A DNA stretch of 64,000 nt from Patescibacteria group bacterium (GTDB lineage Bacteria > Patescibacteriota > Patescibacteriia > 2-12-FULL-60-25): assembly GCA_031082005.1 (NCBI GenBank), contig JAVHLR010000001.1:127251-191250 (forward strand), written 5' to 3'. How positions within the stretch are numbered: the first letter of the stretch is position 1; every line of letters starts with the position of its first letter. A model generated the notes under the pieces. The model was given only the letters and a program-made list of their open reading frames with translations, was not told the origin of the DNA and ran no database searches. Both the position numbers and the translations under genes were made by a program. This document shows, piece after piece, positions 20,350-33,362 of the stretch.

Positions 20350-20913
20350 ATGTCATCCCCATCCGACATCAAAAAAAGTTCCGTCATCCGCGATAATGGC
20401 GAACTCTGGGTCGTCACCGAATTCCAGCACGTGAATCCAGGCAAGGGCGCTGCCTTCGTACGTTGCCGCGTCAAGAATCCGAAAACAGGCAAGACGCTGG
20501 AAAGGACCTACAAAGTCTCTGAATCAGTCGAGCTTGTGGAAATGGAATTCCGCAACATGCAGTACCTCTATCATGATGCGACGGGTTACGCTTTCATGGA
20601 TTCAGCTTCTTACGAGCAAGTGTCCATGGCGGATGAAGATGTCGGCGAACAGGGTAAGTATCTGCGTGAGGGGATGGAGGTCACGCTCACGACTTACGAA
20701 GGCCAACCGATTGCCCTCCAACTGCCGCGCAAGATGAATTTCAAGATCGCCGAGACCGACCCGGCCGTCAAAGGCGATACCGCCAGCGGCAACGTCACCA
20801 AGGAAGCCAAGACGGAAAACGGTTTTATCGTGAACGTACCGATTTTCATCAACCAAGGCGACGTCGTCGTAGTGAACACCGACACCGGAGAATACGTCGA
20901 ACGCGCAAAGTAG
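20350..20913 (+). CDS. efp: Elongation factor P
   Basis: HVNPGKGAAFVR loop, KGDTAS, VPIFINQGD, TDTGEYVER. Confidence 0.97.
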   Translation: MSSPSDIKKSSVIRDNGELWVVTEFQHVNPGKGAAFVRCRVKNPKTGKTLERTYKVSESVELVEMEFRNMQYLYHDATGYAFMDSASYEQVSMADEDVGEQGKYLREGMEVTLTTYEGQPIALQLPRKMNFKIAETDPAVKGDTASGNVTKEAKTENGFIVNVPIFINQGDVVVVNTDTGEYVERAK

Positions 20914-20921
20914 ACACTTTC

Positions 20922-21028
20922 GTCATTCCAGCGCAGGCTGGAATCCAGAAAAAACGCCCCGGACTATCCGGGGCGTTTCGTTGTTTTTTGTCATTGCGAG
21001 CACACAAAGCGATCGTGCGCGGCAATCT
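20922..21028 (+). repeat. Two GTCAT-type REP-like palindromes flanking a bidirectional terminator
   Basis: gtcattccagcgcaggctggaatcca (20922); terminator 20952-20978; gtcattgcgag...gcggcaatct (20990-21028). Confidence 0.75.
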
Positions 21029-21054
21029 GTGCGTGGTCCCTACCGACTACCGTT

Positions 21055-21840
21055 TTAATCCGGCCTCACGACGATCGTGTTCGACGTCGCATAGCCCATA
21101 CCGACGGGTGAGAAGGCTGTGATGTATCCGGGCTCATTTATCTGTACGGTCAACGAACATGACTGCAGGGGACAGAGTGCCAGCGCTGAAGCATCCATCG
21201 TCTTGCCGTCTACGACTACGGTCGCCCCCGTGCTGGATGTCGCTGCATATATGTTCATCGAGATTTGATTCATAGCCGGTAAGTCGGTGATGACTATCAT
21301 GGGTTTTGACCCATCTGGCAATTTCGTTTCAACGACAAAACCCGTCGGTCTGATGTTTTCCGCTGGGTCAGGCAGGAATGATTCAGTCAGGCGGCTGTAT
21401 TGGTTAGTCGCAGTTATATCAAAGCCTCTCTTATAATCCGCGAAGAACGCTTCCGGCATGTCCACCACGGATTTATTCCAGCTGTCTCCGTAGAATTGTT
21501 GCGCCAAAGCTTCGCTGGTAATCCAATGCAGAACGCCGTATCTGGATATGGCATAGACCTTTGGGTCAGTCTGGATTTTTATCAGGCTTCCAGGCTTCAT
21601 CGTCACGCTCCCGCCAAAAGGCAGAAGCGCAAGTTGCACATCGTCAGCGTTTTGGATGGATGAGAAATCCTTGTACCATGATTTATACACGGATTCGGTC
21701 GGAAACACGTAGCGTTTCGCTCCATCAGAGAAATAGACTCCAGAACCCGAGCTTTTCAATAATTGCCCTGATGCCGTCGCGCCGGTTGTCGAAAGCGTCA
21801 ACATGGCCGAAGCCGCCAAAAAAGTGATTATTTTCTTCAT
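21055..21840 (-). CDS. Secreted protein with a repeat domain common in CPR surface proteins
   Basis: Signal peptide; KRYVFPTESVYKSWY, LIKIQTDPKVYAI, YGDSWNKSV motifs. Confidence 0.7.
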   Translation of the reverse strand: MKKIITFLAASAMLTLSTTGATASGQLLKSSGSGVYFSDGAKRYVFPTESVYKSWYKDFSSIQNADDVQLALLPFGGSVTMKPGSLIKIQTDPKVYAISRYGVLHWITSEALAQQFYGDSWNKSVVDMPEAFFADYKRGFDITATNQYSRLTESFLPDPAENIRPTGFVVETKLPDGSKPMIVITDLPAMNQISMNIYAATSSTGATVVVDGKTMDASALALCPLQSCSLTVQINEPGYITAFSPVGMGYATSNTIVVRPD

Positions 21841-21909
21841 AGTGCCGTTATCATACACGCTTCTCCCGATGAGAGGCAAAAAAGCTCCGGTCGACCGGAG
21901 CTTTCGTTT

Positions 21910-23421
21910 TTACTGCCCTAATCGGCTCGTGCCTTCTTTTTTCTTCATCCCGGAATAGGGGAGTTCGACGAAGAACGTCGTGCCTTTATTTTCCTGGCTC
22001 TCGAACCAGACCTTCCCCCCCGCCATCTCCACGACTGACTTCAGGAGGTACAGCCCGAAACCAGTACCGTCGATTTTGCTTTTTACGTTCTCGGCCCGGA
22101 ACATCTTCTTGAAGATTTTTTCTTGATCTTTCTTCGGTATTCCGCAACCCGTATCTTTCACGCTGATGAGTATGGATTTGGTCTTGGGTTGGTTCTTGAT
22201 TTCGATCTTCACCTGGCCCTCTTCGGGCGTGTATTTGACGGCATTCGTCAGCAAGTTTTCGATGACGATTTTGGCCAGCCCCGGATCAGCCGGGATCATC
22301 GGTATGTCTTTGTCGAATTTTTCTAGCACCTGGAGTTTCTTGATGTTGATCTGCGGTTTGAGTTCTTTGAGCGCTTCAGCTGCGACTTCGCGGTAATCGA
22401 CCGGCTTCGGATCCACGATGAACGTCCCGAGTTCGATGCGCGATACGTTGAGCAGCGAACTGACTGTCTCGATCATCTTTTCGCTGATCTCTTTCACTTC
22501 TTCGACCATCTCGGTCTGTGCCTTGCTCATCTTGCCGCTTTTGTCTTCCAGAAGCAGTTCGGCGTTCCATTTGATGGCAGTCGGCGGAGTCCGCAATTGG
22601 TGCGAAGCGAGCGAGATGAATTCTGACTTTGCCTTGTCCAGCTCTTTCTCCGTTGAGATATCCCTGAACAGCATGATGATTCCCTTGGTCTGATCTTTGA
22701 TGGTGATCGGTGTCGCCGTGATCGCTACGGGGAAGCGCGTGCCATCCTTCCTTACGTAATAGTAGGTGTCTTTGCTCGCCGCATCCATCTTGACCTTCTT
22801 GCCCGTCAGGAGCGCCATGTTCGCAGGTAGGGATTTCACGTCCACCTCCTCACCGCGTTCATCCTCGATACGTGGCGTTTCGGCTGTCATGATCTGGCCG
22901 CGCAGATCGTCGATTTTCCACCCCAGCATCTTCTGCGCCGCCGGATTCACCATCATGATCTTTAGCTTCGTATCAGCTGCGATCAGGCCATCACCTATGC
23001 TTTCAAGTAGAGCTACATTGTTGGCCAGAGCTAACTGGAGCTCTTTCGTCCTTTGCCTGACGGATTTTTCCAATTCATCTTTGGTCCGTTGGATCTTCGT
23101 GTTGATTTCGACCGCCTCGTTGCCCCACTTGTTCGCCATGAACAGGAGAGTCACCATGACGACCGCCCAGATGATGAAGATCGGCAACACGACAGTCACT
23201 CCGCCAATCGCGTCCTGCAACAAAAAGAAAGTCGCGACCAACCCTAGGCACCACATCGAGACGATGATGCCGGTATTCGTCACCAGCACGAATTTGCCTA
23301 AAGAAGCTTGGCGGATGCGGCGCAAGAAATCGAAGGATTTGTACAGGATGTAGATACTGCCTAATGCGAGCGTCGGCCAGCCGAGCATCAATATCCAAAG
23401 TCTGATTGTTGTCCAAGGCAT
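21910..23421 (-). CDS. Membrane PAS-domain sensor histidine kinase
   Basis: 3 TM, ESIGDG/RKDG PAS, SHQLRTP H-box, NLLTNAVKYT, DTGCGI, GTGFGL. Confidence 0.93.
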   Translation of the reverse strand: MPWTTIRLWILMLGWPTLALGSIYILYKSFDFLRRIRQASLGKFVLVTNTGIIVSMWCLGLVATFFLLQDAIGGVTVVLPIFIIWAVVMVTLLFMANKWGNEAVEINTKIQRTKDELEKSVRQRTKELQLALANNVALLESIGDGLIAADTKLKIMMVNPAAQKMLGWKIDDLRGQIMTAETPRIEDERGEEVDVKSLPANMALLTGKKVKMDAASKDTYYYVRKDGTRFPVAITATPITIKDQTKGIIMLFRDISTEKELDKAKSEFISLASHQLRTPPTAIKWNAELLLEDKSGKMSKAQTEMVEEVKEISEKMIETVSSLLNVSRIELGTFIVDPKPVDYREVAAEALKELKPQINIKKLQVLEKFDKDIPMIPADPGLAKIVIENLLTNAVKYTPEEGQVKIEIKNQPKTKSILISVKDTGCGIPKKDQEKIFKKMFRAENVKSKIDGTGFGLYLLKSVVEMAGGKVWFESQENKGTTFFVELPYSGMKKKEGTSRLGQ

Positions 23422-23495
23422 AATCGCGACAAGTATATAGCAAAAACAGCATCACAAGAATGCACAAACGAAAATTTCACAGCTTCATTCTTGTC

Positions 23496-23843
23496 CTAGC
23501 CGTTCCAAGATCTCCGTTTATTGATCTCTTCTTTTTCCCGAAGGGCTTTTTCCAGGTCGATCCCAAGCTTGTTGCAGATGTCCAAAAGATAGAAAAAAAC
23601 ATCCGCTGCTTCATAGTCGGGGCGGTATTTTTCCGAGTTCGGATCAGTGTGCATGCCCTGGGTTTTGCGCACGGCTTTTGCCAGTTCGCCGACTTCTTCC
23701 ATCATCAATACGAACTTTTCCGTCACCGCTTCATGGTCGAATCCGCGCGAGGCAGTCATTTGTCGAACGTATGTCTGAAGATCCATCAATGAAGGATCCT
23801 TTTTTAGGTCAAGTTCGCCGTTCTCCATAATGTTTGATTCCAT
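23496..23843 (-). CDS. MazG-like nucleotide pyrophosphohydrolase
   Basis: EEVGELAKA, EAADVFFYL, KEEINKRRSW. Confidence 0.88.
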   Translation of the reverse strand: MESNIMENGELDLKKDPSLMDLQTYVRQMTASRGFDHEAVTEKFVLMMEEVGELAKAVRKTQGMHTDPNSEKYRPDYEAADVFFYLLDICNKLGIDLEKALREKEEINKRRSWNG

Positions 23844-23848
23844 CCACG

Positions 23849-23935
23849 TGGTGCCGCGGGAGGGACTCGAACCCTCAAGCCCTTGCGGGCACTGGCTTCT
23901 AAGGCCAGCGCGTATACCAATTCCGCCACCGCGGC
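23849..23935 (-). tRNA. tRNA-Leu(TAG)
   Basis: gccgcggtggcggaattggtatacgcg-ctggc-cttagaa-gccag, long variable arm, ggttcgagtc, encoded CCA. Confidence 0.97.
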
Positions 23936-24046
23936 ATCACTTGGACGCATCTTTCGTATGCCGGCCGTAGCATAACCGGAAAGGCTTAATCTTGACAAAT
24001 CTCACATTTTATGCCAAATTACGTCATTGCCCTTTGGAGGTTTCAC

Positions 24047-24802
24047 ATGGAGTCAGTAGCCATGCATCACGAAGAACGTACGCAGCCGGTAGACGAAGCT
24101 CGTGACGTCCTGCAGAAGGCCAGGCGTATCCTGGTACTGACTGGTGCAGGAATCTCGGCCGAGAGCGGCGTGCCCACCTTCCGCGGTGAAGGCGGATATT
24201 GGCGCAACAAATCGTTCGCCGAACTGGCGAATCCGGAAGCGTTCGCATCCGACCCCCGCTTGGTGTGGGAGTGGTATCTTATGCGCCGCCGCACTGTGGC
24301 TGTATGCGAACCCAACGCGGCACATTGCGTGCTCGCCAAGTGGGCCGAACTGGCCAACTGGACCCGTGACGTCCATCTTGCGACGCAGAACGTCGATGGT
24401 CTTCACGAACGAGCCGGACATCGCGACGTAAATCGTCTTCATGGTTCGCTCTGGATCAACCGCTGCACCAAGTGCGGCGCTGAAAGGGAAGATCGCTCGA
24501 CGGAGTATCCAGAGCTGCCGTCGTCTCCCTGTTGTGGCGCACTAGAGCGTCCGGCGATCGTGTGGTTCGGCGAGAAACTGCCGAGCAAGGCTATGTCAAT
24601 CGCTTTTTTGACTACCGTCGCTGCAGACGCCGTGCTGGTCATCGGCACGAGCGGGCTCGTTCACCCCGCTGCTGACCTGATCGGGCTAGCTGCGAGGCGC
24701 GGAGCGAAAGTGATTGACGTCAATCCCGAAGATGACGCCGTCAGATCGGATATCTTGATCCGTCTGCCCGCATCCCAGGCCCTACCTCTGATCCTCGTCT
24801 GA
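24047..24802 (+). CDS. cobB: NAD-dependent deacylase (sirtuin, class III-like)
   Basis: GAGISAESGVPTFRG, YxxR (YLMR), TQNVDGLH, HGS, RPAIVWFGE, GTSG; GGAGG SD; promoter TTGACA-17-CAAATT. Confidence 0.93.
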   Translation: MESVAMHHEERTQPVDEARDVLQKARRILVLTGAGISAESGVPTFRGEGGYWRNKSFAELANPEAFASDPRLVWEWYLMRRRTVAVCEPNAAHCVLAKWAELANWTRDVHLATQNVDGLHERAGHRDVNRLHGSLWINRCTKCGAEREDRSTEYPELPSSPCCGALERPAIVWFGEKLPSKAMSIAFLTTVAADAVLVIGTSGLVHPAADLIGLAARRGAKVIDVNPEDDAVRSDILIRLPASQALPLILV

Positions 24803-24809
24803 AAACGAA

Positions 24810-24835
24810 AGCCCCGTTCCACTCGGAACGGGGCT
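24810..24835. terminator. Terminator between convergent genes
   Basis: agccccgttcc-actc-ggaacggggct. Confidence 0.7.
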
Positions 24836-24841
24836 GACTGT

Positions 24842-25156
24842 TTATTCTGACGTATTGAGCATCTTTTCCCATTCGGCCCTATTCGGATGATTGGGGTAGA
24901 GTGCGATCAAGCCTCTATATCCGCGTAAGCCAGCAGCCTTATTTGCCTCCATGATTTTCCTTACTTGTCTCTCGGCTAGACCGACTTCGAGCTCATCCAG
25001 TTCAGCAAGGTCTTTTTCTTCTTGAACAGGTGTAGTGCCCATGGCTACTTCATGGAACTTCGCGTCACCCATGGACTCGCCCTTCTCATCCACCGTGTAC
25101 CCCTCCTGACCGACTTGCTTTTTTGGTTGTTCATTCTTGAAATTTGGCTTCTCCAT
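24842..25156 (-). CDS. Hypothetical protein
   Basis: 104 aa ORF starting 5 nt after the preceding stop. Confidence 0.55.
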   Translation of the reverse strand: MEKPNFKNEQPKKQVGQEGYTVDEKGESMGDAKFHEVAMGTTPVQEEKDLAELDELEVGLAERQVRKIMEANKAAGLRGYRGLIALYPNHPNRAEWEKMLNTSE

Positions 25157-25161
25157 ATTGT

Positions 25162-26817
25162 TTATGTGGATCGTTTAGCTTTGTTTTCGATTTTTGAGAA
25201 CTGTTCATCTCCGTGCACCTTGCCATACCAACTGGTCCCGAACATGGCGATCTTCCCAGGGTGGAATTTGATGAAGTCTTTCTCGGTCGCCGTGCCGTTA
25301 GCTAACATCTCTTGCCGTTGCTCTTCTTTATACCACAGCCCCTCTCTGTCTCTGTAGAGCTTGAATTTTGAATCCCGACCGATTTTTGCGATTGCCTGCG
25401 GTGTTGCTGCCTCGGGGTTCTTCATCAACTCATCAAATTCCGCGATGATATTGATCAATTCTGGGTCATTAAGGTCGATATCATTGGACATACAGACGCC
25501 TTCAAATGCAAGCTTGCAGCTGTCCAAGAATTCTCTGATGCTTTCGACGAATATCTCTTGCTTTCTCTCCGCCGAGAGATTTTGGTATTCAGCCGCAGCA
25601 TTTTTCTTGATTTGCCCGGTTTGAACGTGGTTAAGCCGTTCTCCACCTTGTTGGTTTGCGTCCCTTACGGAGTCGCTTTCGAACTTTAGTTTAGTCATCT
25701 CGTCTTCGTCCCAATCGAATCCATAGCTCGCCCAAGCGTAGCCTCCGACATCTATGTTGGCGTGTAGTTTTATCGTGTCTATGTCCGAATCTCGATATCC
25801 CGCGAGACACGACTCCAGGACCTTGGCTGCGATCCCGTTTGATTTCATGTTATCGGGTAATTTAAAGACCGCATGTTTAACCGACTTGGCCTTTTCTTCG
25901 TCTCCACTTTCATCGACGGCTTCGGTAAGTCGAAAATCTCTATTTATGAAGCCTTGTCCCTCGTTATATGACAGCTGAAAATTAAGCGAAGTTTCGATCG
26001 AGCCGTTATTCGGATCAAAGTTAAAATCAATCAACTGGATAGGACTGCCGTCTTGTTCAAGCCTAAGCTCATCAGAATAGCGTGATAGTTCCATGCCGCT
26101 CAAGATTTTTTGAAGATTTTCGACATTACCAAAAATCTCCTTTACCGCGATCAGGCCACGTAAATTCTTTACTTCCATCATCTTTATTTCCGTCCCACTG
26201 ATTTTTTCATCTAACGATGTTCGGAACCGTTTCAGTTCGGCGATGTAACTTGGGTCAGAAAAGAGTCTTTCAGCGTATTTATGTCCCACTCCATGGTATA
26301 GGTCATTGGCCAGCTTATCGAGAGCCGCTTTCTTTACTTCTTCGTGCACCCCCATGTTTGAACTCATCTCTTCCAGTGTCTCCAGGGGGCAGTTTTCTGA
26401 CCAGAAAAGCTCATCTATTTTTTTCTCGATCGAATCGATCTGCTCACTCAAATTCTCGGCTGTATTTTCCGCTTCCTGTATCTCCTCGGACGTTTCTTCG
26501 ATGTCCCAACCAGAATCCAGCACCTCGGGCGTGTCTGCCGGTTGTCTTTCGAACACCCCGGACACCTCGCCCTCCAGAGCGTCCCAGGCATCATCCAGCT
26601 CATCCTCGAGGGCTTTCAGTTGCGTCAGCGTATTTTGATCGCCGCTTTCTTGCAGTGATCTTCGTGCCGCTTCAATCTCTGACTTCGTTTCCGTGACCAT
26701 GGCATCGCCTTCATGGCGTAGCTCTCGGGCGATCGATTCTGGTGAGGTCTCGCGTGCCCTTATGCGTTCAAGCATCGGGTTCGCTCTGGATTCAGGGGAG
26801 AAATTCTGTAGCTGCAT
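25162..26817 (-). CDS. Acidic protein with central GNAT-like domain
   Basis: LPDNMKSNGIAAKVL...IKLHANIDVGGYAWASYGF resembles GNAT motifs A/B; N-terminal coiled coil. Confidence 0.65.
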   Translation of the reverse strand: MQLQNFSPESRANPMLERIRARETSPESIARELRHEGDAMVTETKSEIEAARRSLQESGDQNTLTQLKALEDELDDAWDALEGEVSGVFERQPADTPEVLDSGWDIEETSEEIQEAENTAENLSEQIDSIEKKIDELFWSENCPLETLEEMSSNMGVHEEVKKAALDKLANDLYHGVGHKYAERLFSDPSYIAELKRFRTSLDEKISGTEIKMMEVKNLRGLIAVKEIFGNVENLQKILSGMELSRYSDELRLEQDGSPIQLIDFNFDPNNGSIETSLNFQLSYNEGQGFINRDFRLTEAVDESGDEEKAKSVKHAVFKLPDNMKSNGIAAKVLESCLAGYRDSDIDTIKLHANIDVGGYAWASYGFDWDEDEMTKLKFESDSVRDANQQGGERLNHVQTGQIKKNAAAEYQNLSAERKQEIFVESIREFLDSCKLAFEGVCMSNDIDLNDPELINIIAEFDELMKNPEAATPQAIAKIGRDSKFKLYRDREGLWYKEEQRQEMLANGTATEKDFIKFHPGKIAMFGTSWYGKVHGDEQFSKIENKAKRST

Positions 26818-26829
26818 AGTAAAGGTATG

Positions 26830-27000
26830 TTAAATGAAAGGGTGCTTTTGGTCGGTCAGGGATTTTATGCGCGAGACTATCGCTTGGTGTTTTGTATGGA
26901 ATTCCATCCAAGCCTTTTCCAATGCGCTGAAGGCTTCGTCATGGATATCGCCAGAGGTATGCTCCGTTCTATCGTCTTTATCGCGTCTCGATTTAGTCAT
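26830..27000 (-). CDS. Small hypothetical protein (56 aa)
   Basis: Manually translated MTKSRRDKDDRTEHTSGDIHDEAFSALEKAWMEFHTKHQAIVSRIKSLTDQKHPFI; fills the gap between neighbours. Confidence 0.5.
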   Translation of the reverse strand: MTKSRRDKDDRTEHTSGDIHDEAFSALEKAWMEFHTKHQAIVSRIKSLTDQKHPFI

Positions 27001-27002
27001 AG

Positions 27003-27173
27003 CTAAAATCCGCTGATTTTTTTGTTCAGTTCGTCTACGATTTTGGCGTTCTTTGCCGTTTCAGCGTCCGATATTAATTTTCGGGTCCTCGACTTGATAT
27101 CGATGACCTTGTTTTTGAACCGATTCCAGGATTGTTTTAGACGAGCCGATTTTGGGTCAATTTCTTCTGCCAT
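27003..27173 (-). CDS. Small hypothetical protein (56 aa), leaderless
   Basis: TATACT-6 nt-ATG; MAEEIDPKSARLKQSWNRFKNKV... Confidence 0.6.
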   Translation of the reverse strand: MAEEIDPKSARLKQSWNRFKNKVIDIKSRTRKLISDAETAKNAKIVDELNKKISGF

Positions 27174-27281
27174 GCCGACAGTATACCCAATGGCGAAAAA
27201 AATGTCGTAAGGCAAGGACAACACCTTGACCCCCGACCTATTTTCTGCCTATTCTGGTCATAGCTCTTTTCGAGGTTGACC

Positions 27282-27680
27282 ATGTCTGAAGTAATCGTGC
27301 TGCGTGACCGAATTTTTGGACGATCCCTGCGTGCTTTACGCGACGTTGAAGTGCGCATGGTTTCCGGACCGGAACTCCAGATCGGGCTAAAAGCCTATGG
27401 GGATTTTTCTTCCCGATCATGCGATGGCCGCTTCGTTGCGCTTCGGGTGCATACCATCTTCGACATCCGCGAAATCCGCGGACAACTCGTGTCGCTCTGC
27501 GACGCACGGCCGTGGTACAAGTTCAGCTTCCGGCCGGACAACCCCAGCGAGCTCCTGTTCGTTTTGGACTGGGAGCAGAACCACATGACGAACGTCGAGC
27601 GCGTCGTATTCGAACAGGGGGGTGCGACCTGCTTCATCCGCAACCCCTTCTTCAAGGACGTATCCCTGCTTGCTGAATGA
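27282..27680 (+). CDS. Hypothetical protein (orphan)
   Basis: GAGGT SD, TTGACC..TATTCT promoter, downstream hairpin. Confidence 0.6.
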   Translation: MSEVIVLRDRIFGRSLRALRDVEVRMVSGPELQIGLKAYGDFSSRSCDGRFVALRVHTIFDIREIRGQLVSLCDARPWYKFSFRPDNPSELLFVLDWEQNHMTNVERVVFEQGGATCFIRNPFFKDVSLLAE

Positions 27681-27727
27681 AAAAGCCCCGGTGCAGCACT
27701 CTGCTCCGGGGCCTTCGCTTTTCGTTC

Positions 27728-28921
27728 TTACTTCACCTGCATCAACACCATCGCGATATCGTCACTGATTTTATAGGTCATCCGTTGCGTCGCCATGACA
27801 CGAAGAGAGTTCAGCCTTTCGATAGGGTCCGTACCCAGCTCCAGATCCTTCCCGAGTTCTTCCAGATCTGTCGTTTGTTTTTCTTCATCTTCGTATTTGT
27901 CTATCACCCCATCAGTACAGAACAGAAGCTCGTCACCCTTCTCGATTTTAATCACGCGTACGCTTGGTGTCGGAGTTTTTCCCATTCCGAGGGACGAAGT
28001 GAGAGTGGCTTTCAGTCCGTAGTAATCGAAATCAAGCGTTTTTTTGCCTTGTTTTTCGAATTTAACGAAATCGTCTTTGGTATATCCGATGGCGAGGACG
28101 TTGTCCAAGGTTAGGGGAATCTTAATCGGCAAGTCTGCACGGATTTTTCCGCTTATCGGATCGCTATTCGTCCGCAGATATTCGTCCAAATCCAGATTGT
28201 CGATCTTTGCGCCAATCTCCTTGAGGGCTTCTTGGACGGAGTCTTCGGGCGTTACCCGTTCGACCCGTCCATCTGAACGTCGGATGAACGCTCCGCTGTC
28301 GCCCACGTTTGCGATCACCGCATACTTCTCACCACCTGCGGTCTCATGGATCAGACCGACGCATGCCGTCGTTTCTCCCCTCGTGGCCTGTACCGCGCGG
28401 TTTATATTCTGCATTGCCTGCAGTAAAGCAAAGGACTTGCGTGCCAATCCCGCGTCTTTTGCCACCAGTTCTGCTGCTTTCTTATGCAAGACTGCTTTCT
28501 GGTTGATGTAATCCGATCGACCGTCGAATTTTTCGGCAGACATCTCTGTCAGCTTCTCGATCAGCTCTTCAGGCGCCATGGTCGCCGCTTCGACTTCGCT
28601 CAACGAGAATTGCTCTGGGAGCTGTCTCTCTACCGCCTTGCTCGCCAAGTCGCCGTAAGGCTTTCCTCCCAGGCCATCCATGACCCCGAACAGCCCGGTC
28701 ATCGCGTGGGTCAACACATTATCTTGGTTCTGTTCGTTCTTTTTTGCCCTGCTTGGTTTTTTTTGCAGCGTGATAAAAACCCGTGCGTTTTTGTAATCCG
28801 GGATCTCTTCGGCTGGCACTGTATTTTCCGGCTGAAGCTCACCCGGTTCGCGCAATGGTCGGTTCGGTGTTCGTGGGGCTCCTGTGTTCAGCGATCCCGG
28901 TCTGTGGAAGTTGAAGATCAT
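27728..28921 (-). CDS. PP2C-family Ser/Thr protein phosphatase
   Basis: NQD, GVMDGLGG, NVGDS, FCTDG, SDDIA. Confidence 0.88.
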   Translation of the reverse strand: MIFNFHRPGSLNTGAPRTPNRPLREPGELQPENTVPAEEIPDYKNARVFITLQKKPSRAKKNEQNQDNVLTHAMTGLFGVMDGLGGKPYGDLASKAVERQLPEQFSLSEVEAATMAPEELIEKLTEMSAEKFDGRSDYINQKAVLHKKAAELVAKDAGLARKSFALLQAMQNINRAVQATRGETTACVGLIHETAGGEKYAVIANVGDSGAFIRRSDGRVERVTPEDSVQEALKEIGAKIDNLDLDEYLRTNSDPISGKIRADLPIKIPLTLDNVLAIGYTKDDFVKFEKQGKKTLDFDYYGLKATLTSSLGMGKTPTPSVRVIKIEKGDELLFCTDGVIDKYEDEEKQTTDLEELGKDLELGTDPIERLNSLRVMATQRMTYKISDDIAMVLMQVK

Positions 28922-28927
28922 AATTCT

Positions 28928-29401
28928 CTACTTATGGTACGTCCTCTTGTGGCTTATCATCAAACCGCGGTACAGCTGTTCCAACAGGACGATGCGCGCC
29001 AAACCATGCGGTAAAGTCATTTTTCCCAGTGAAAGTACCGTATCCGCCTTTTCTTTCAGCTCCGGACCCAGTCCCCATGATCCGCCGATAACGAACACCA
29101 GGGATTTGCCCATATCTAGCCTTTTCGCCAGGAACTCCGCCAGTCCAGGTGAGTCTAGCTGTTTGCCCCCTTCGTCCAACACAACCAGCTCCGAACCCGA
29201 CGCCAGACCCTTCAAAATATTCGCGGCTTCTGCTTTTAATGTCTTGCCTACGTCAGGGCTAGCCGACTTTTGTTGTCCTTCTGGCAGCTCGATTATGGCG
29301 ATTTTAAGGAATTGTTTAATCCTATCCACATACATATCCACAGCCTCTTTCATCCACGATTCCGGGAGCTTTCCGATGACCCTTATTTCTACTTGATTCA
29401 T
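28928..29401 (-). CDS. rlmH: 23S rRNA pseudouridine-1915 N3-methyltransferase
   Basis: LDEGGK, FVIGGSWGL, MTLPHGLARIVLLEQLYRG, YHK C-terminus. Confidence 0.95.
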   Translation of the reverse strand: MNQVEIRVIGKLPESWMKEAVDMYVDRIKQFLKIAIIELPEGQQKSASPDVGKTLKAEAANILKGLASGSELVVLDEGGKQLDSPGLAEFLAKRLDMGKSLVFVIGGSWGLGPELKEKADTVLSLGKMTLPHGLARIVLLEQLYRGLMISHKRTYHK

Positions 29402-29428
29402 AGCTTATTTAGCCCCAATTTAGCACAC

Positions 29429-29472
29429 TTGACAGATAAAATTGAATCCTTTAATATAAGCGCACTTTGAAC
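29429..29472 (+). promoter_or_regulatory. rRNA promoter and boxA-like site
   Basis: TTGACA-17-TAATAT followed by gcactttgaa. Confidence 0.7.
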
Positions 29473-29857
29473 CACCTCCCTTTACGGATTCGCTGGTCGG
29501 GAGCAATGGAGAACTAAGTTGCAGAAGCATGATAACTCAAACAGGTTAAACGGCTAAGCACTTACTCCATTCGGAAGTATGCTTGGCCGCGGCCAAGCGA
29601 TTTTTTTACGGGGTAGGCAATGACGAGAGGATCCAGTCCTTTCATCAATGCCTGTCGCGCAAGCGGCCGGCCGGTCCTCGACAATTGAATCTGCACGATG
29701 AATCCACGTAGTACTAAGTACTTCGGTACTAAGTACTGACCGATGGGATGTCATACGTGCAAGGCAATGAAAATTAACGCGCGTAATACAATAGCGTAAG
29801 CAATTATCGTATACACCCGACTATCTGGGCGATCCGAGCAGGATCGTGGTTCCGGAT

Positions 29858-32991
<3,134 letters not shown>

Positions 32992-33148
32992 ATCCAGAAT
33001 GCGACTTATTTCAAGTCGCTGGATGTAGAAGGTGTAACGAAAAATTGCTTTATTCATTTGCCTTGCACGTACGACCTCCGATAGGAAGTCGATTCACAAT
33101 AAAGTTAGACCTCCGATTCTGTCGAGCAAGAACAGCTTGCGCATCAGA

Positions 33149-33266
33149 ACCGGTGGTTTAAGCGGTGGGGTCACACCTGTTCCCTTTCCGAACACAGAAG
33201 TTAAGCCCACCAGCAGCGATGGTACTTGGACCCAACCCGGTCCTGGGAGAGTAGCCCGCTGCCGGA
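33149..33266 (+). rRNA. rrf: 5S rRNA
   Basis: cacctgttccctttccgaacacagaagttaag, gatggtact, gggagagtag; ccggtgg/ctgccgg closing helix. Confidence 0.96.
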
Positions 33267-33271
33267 CTAAT

Positions 33272-33299
33272 GAAAGAACCTGCGCAAGCAGGTTTTTTC
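33272..33299 (+). terminator. rRNA unit terminator
   Basis: aacctgc-gcaa-gcaggtt followed by a T run. Confidence 0.8.
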
Positions 33300-33362
33300 A
33301 TATTTTTGATAGCTTTCTAGTTATATTTGGGTAGCGTATACTAGCAAAAAGTATTACTCACT

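Noticed and set aside
23804..23998. 64-aa minus-strand ORF
   Set aside because: Overlaps tRNA-Leu
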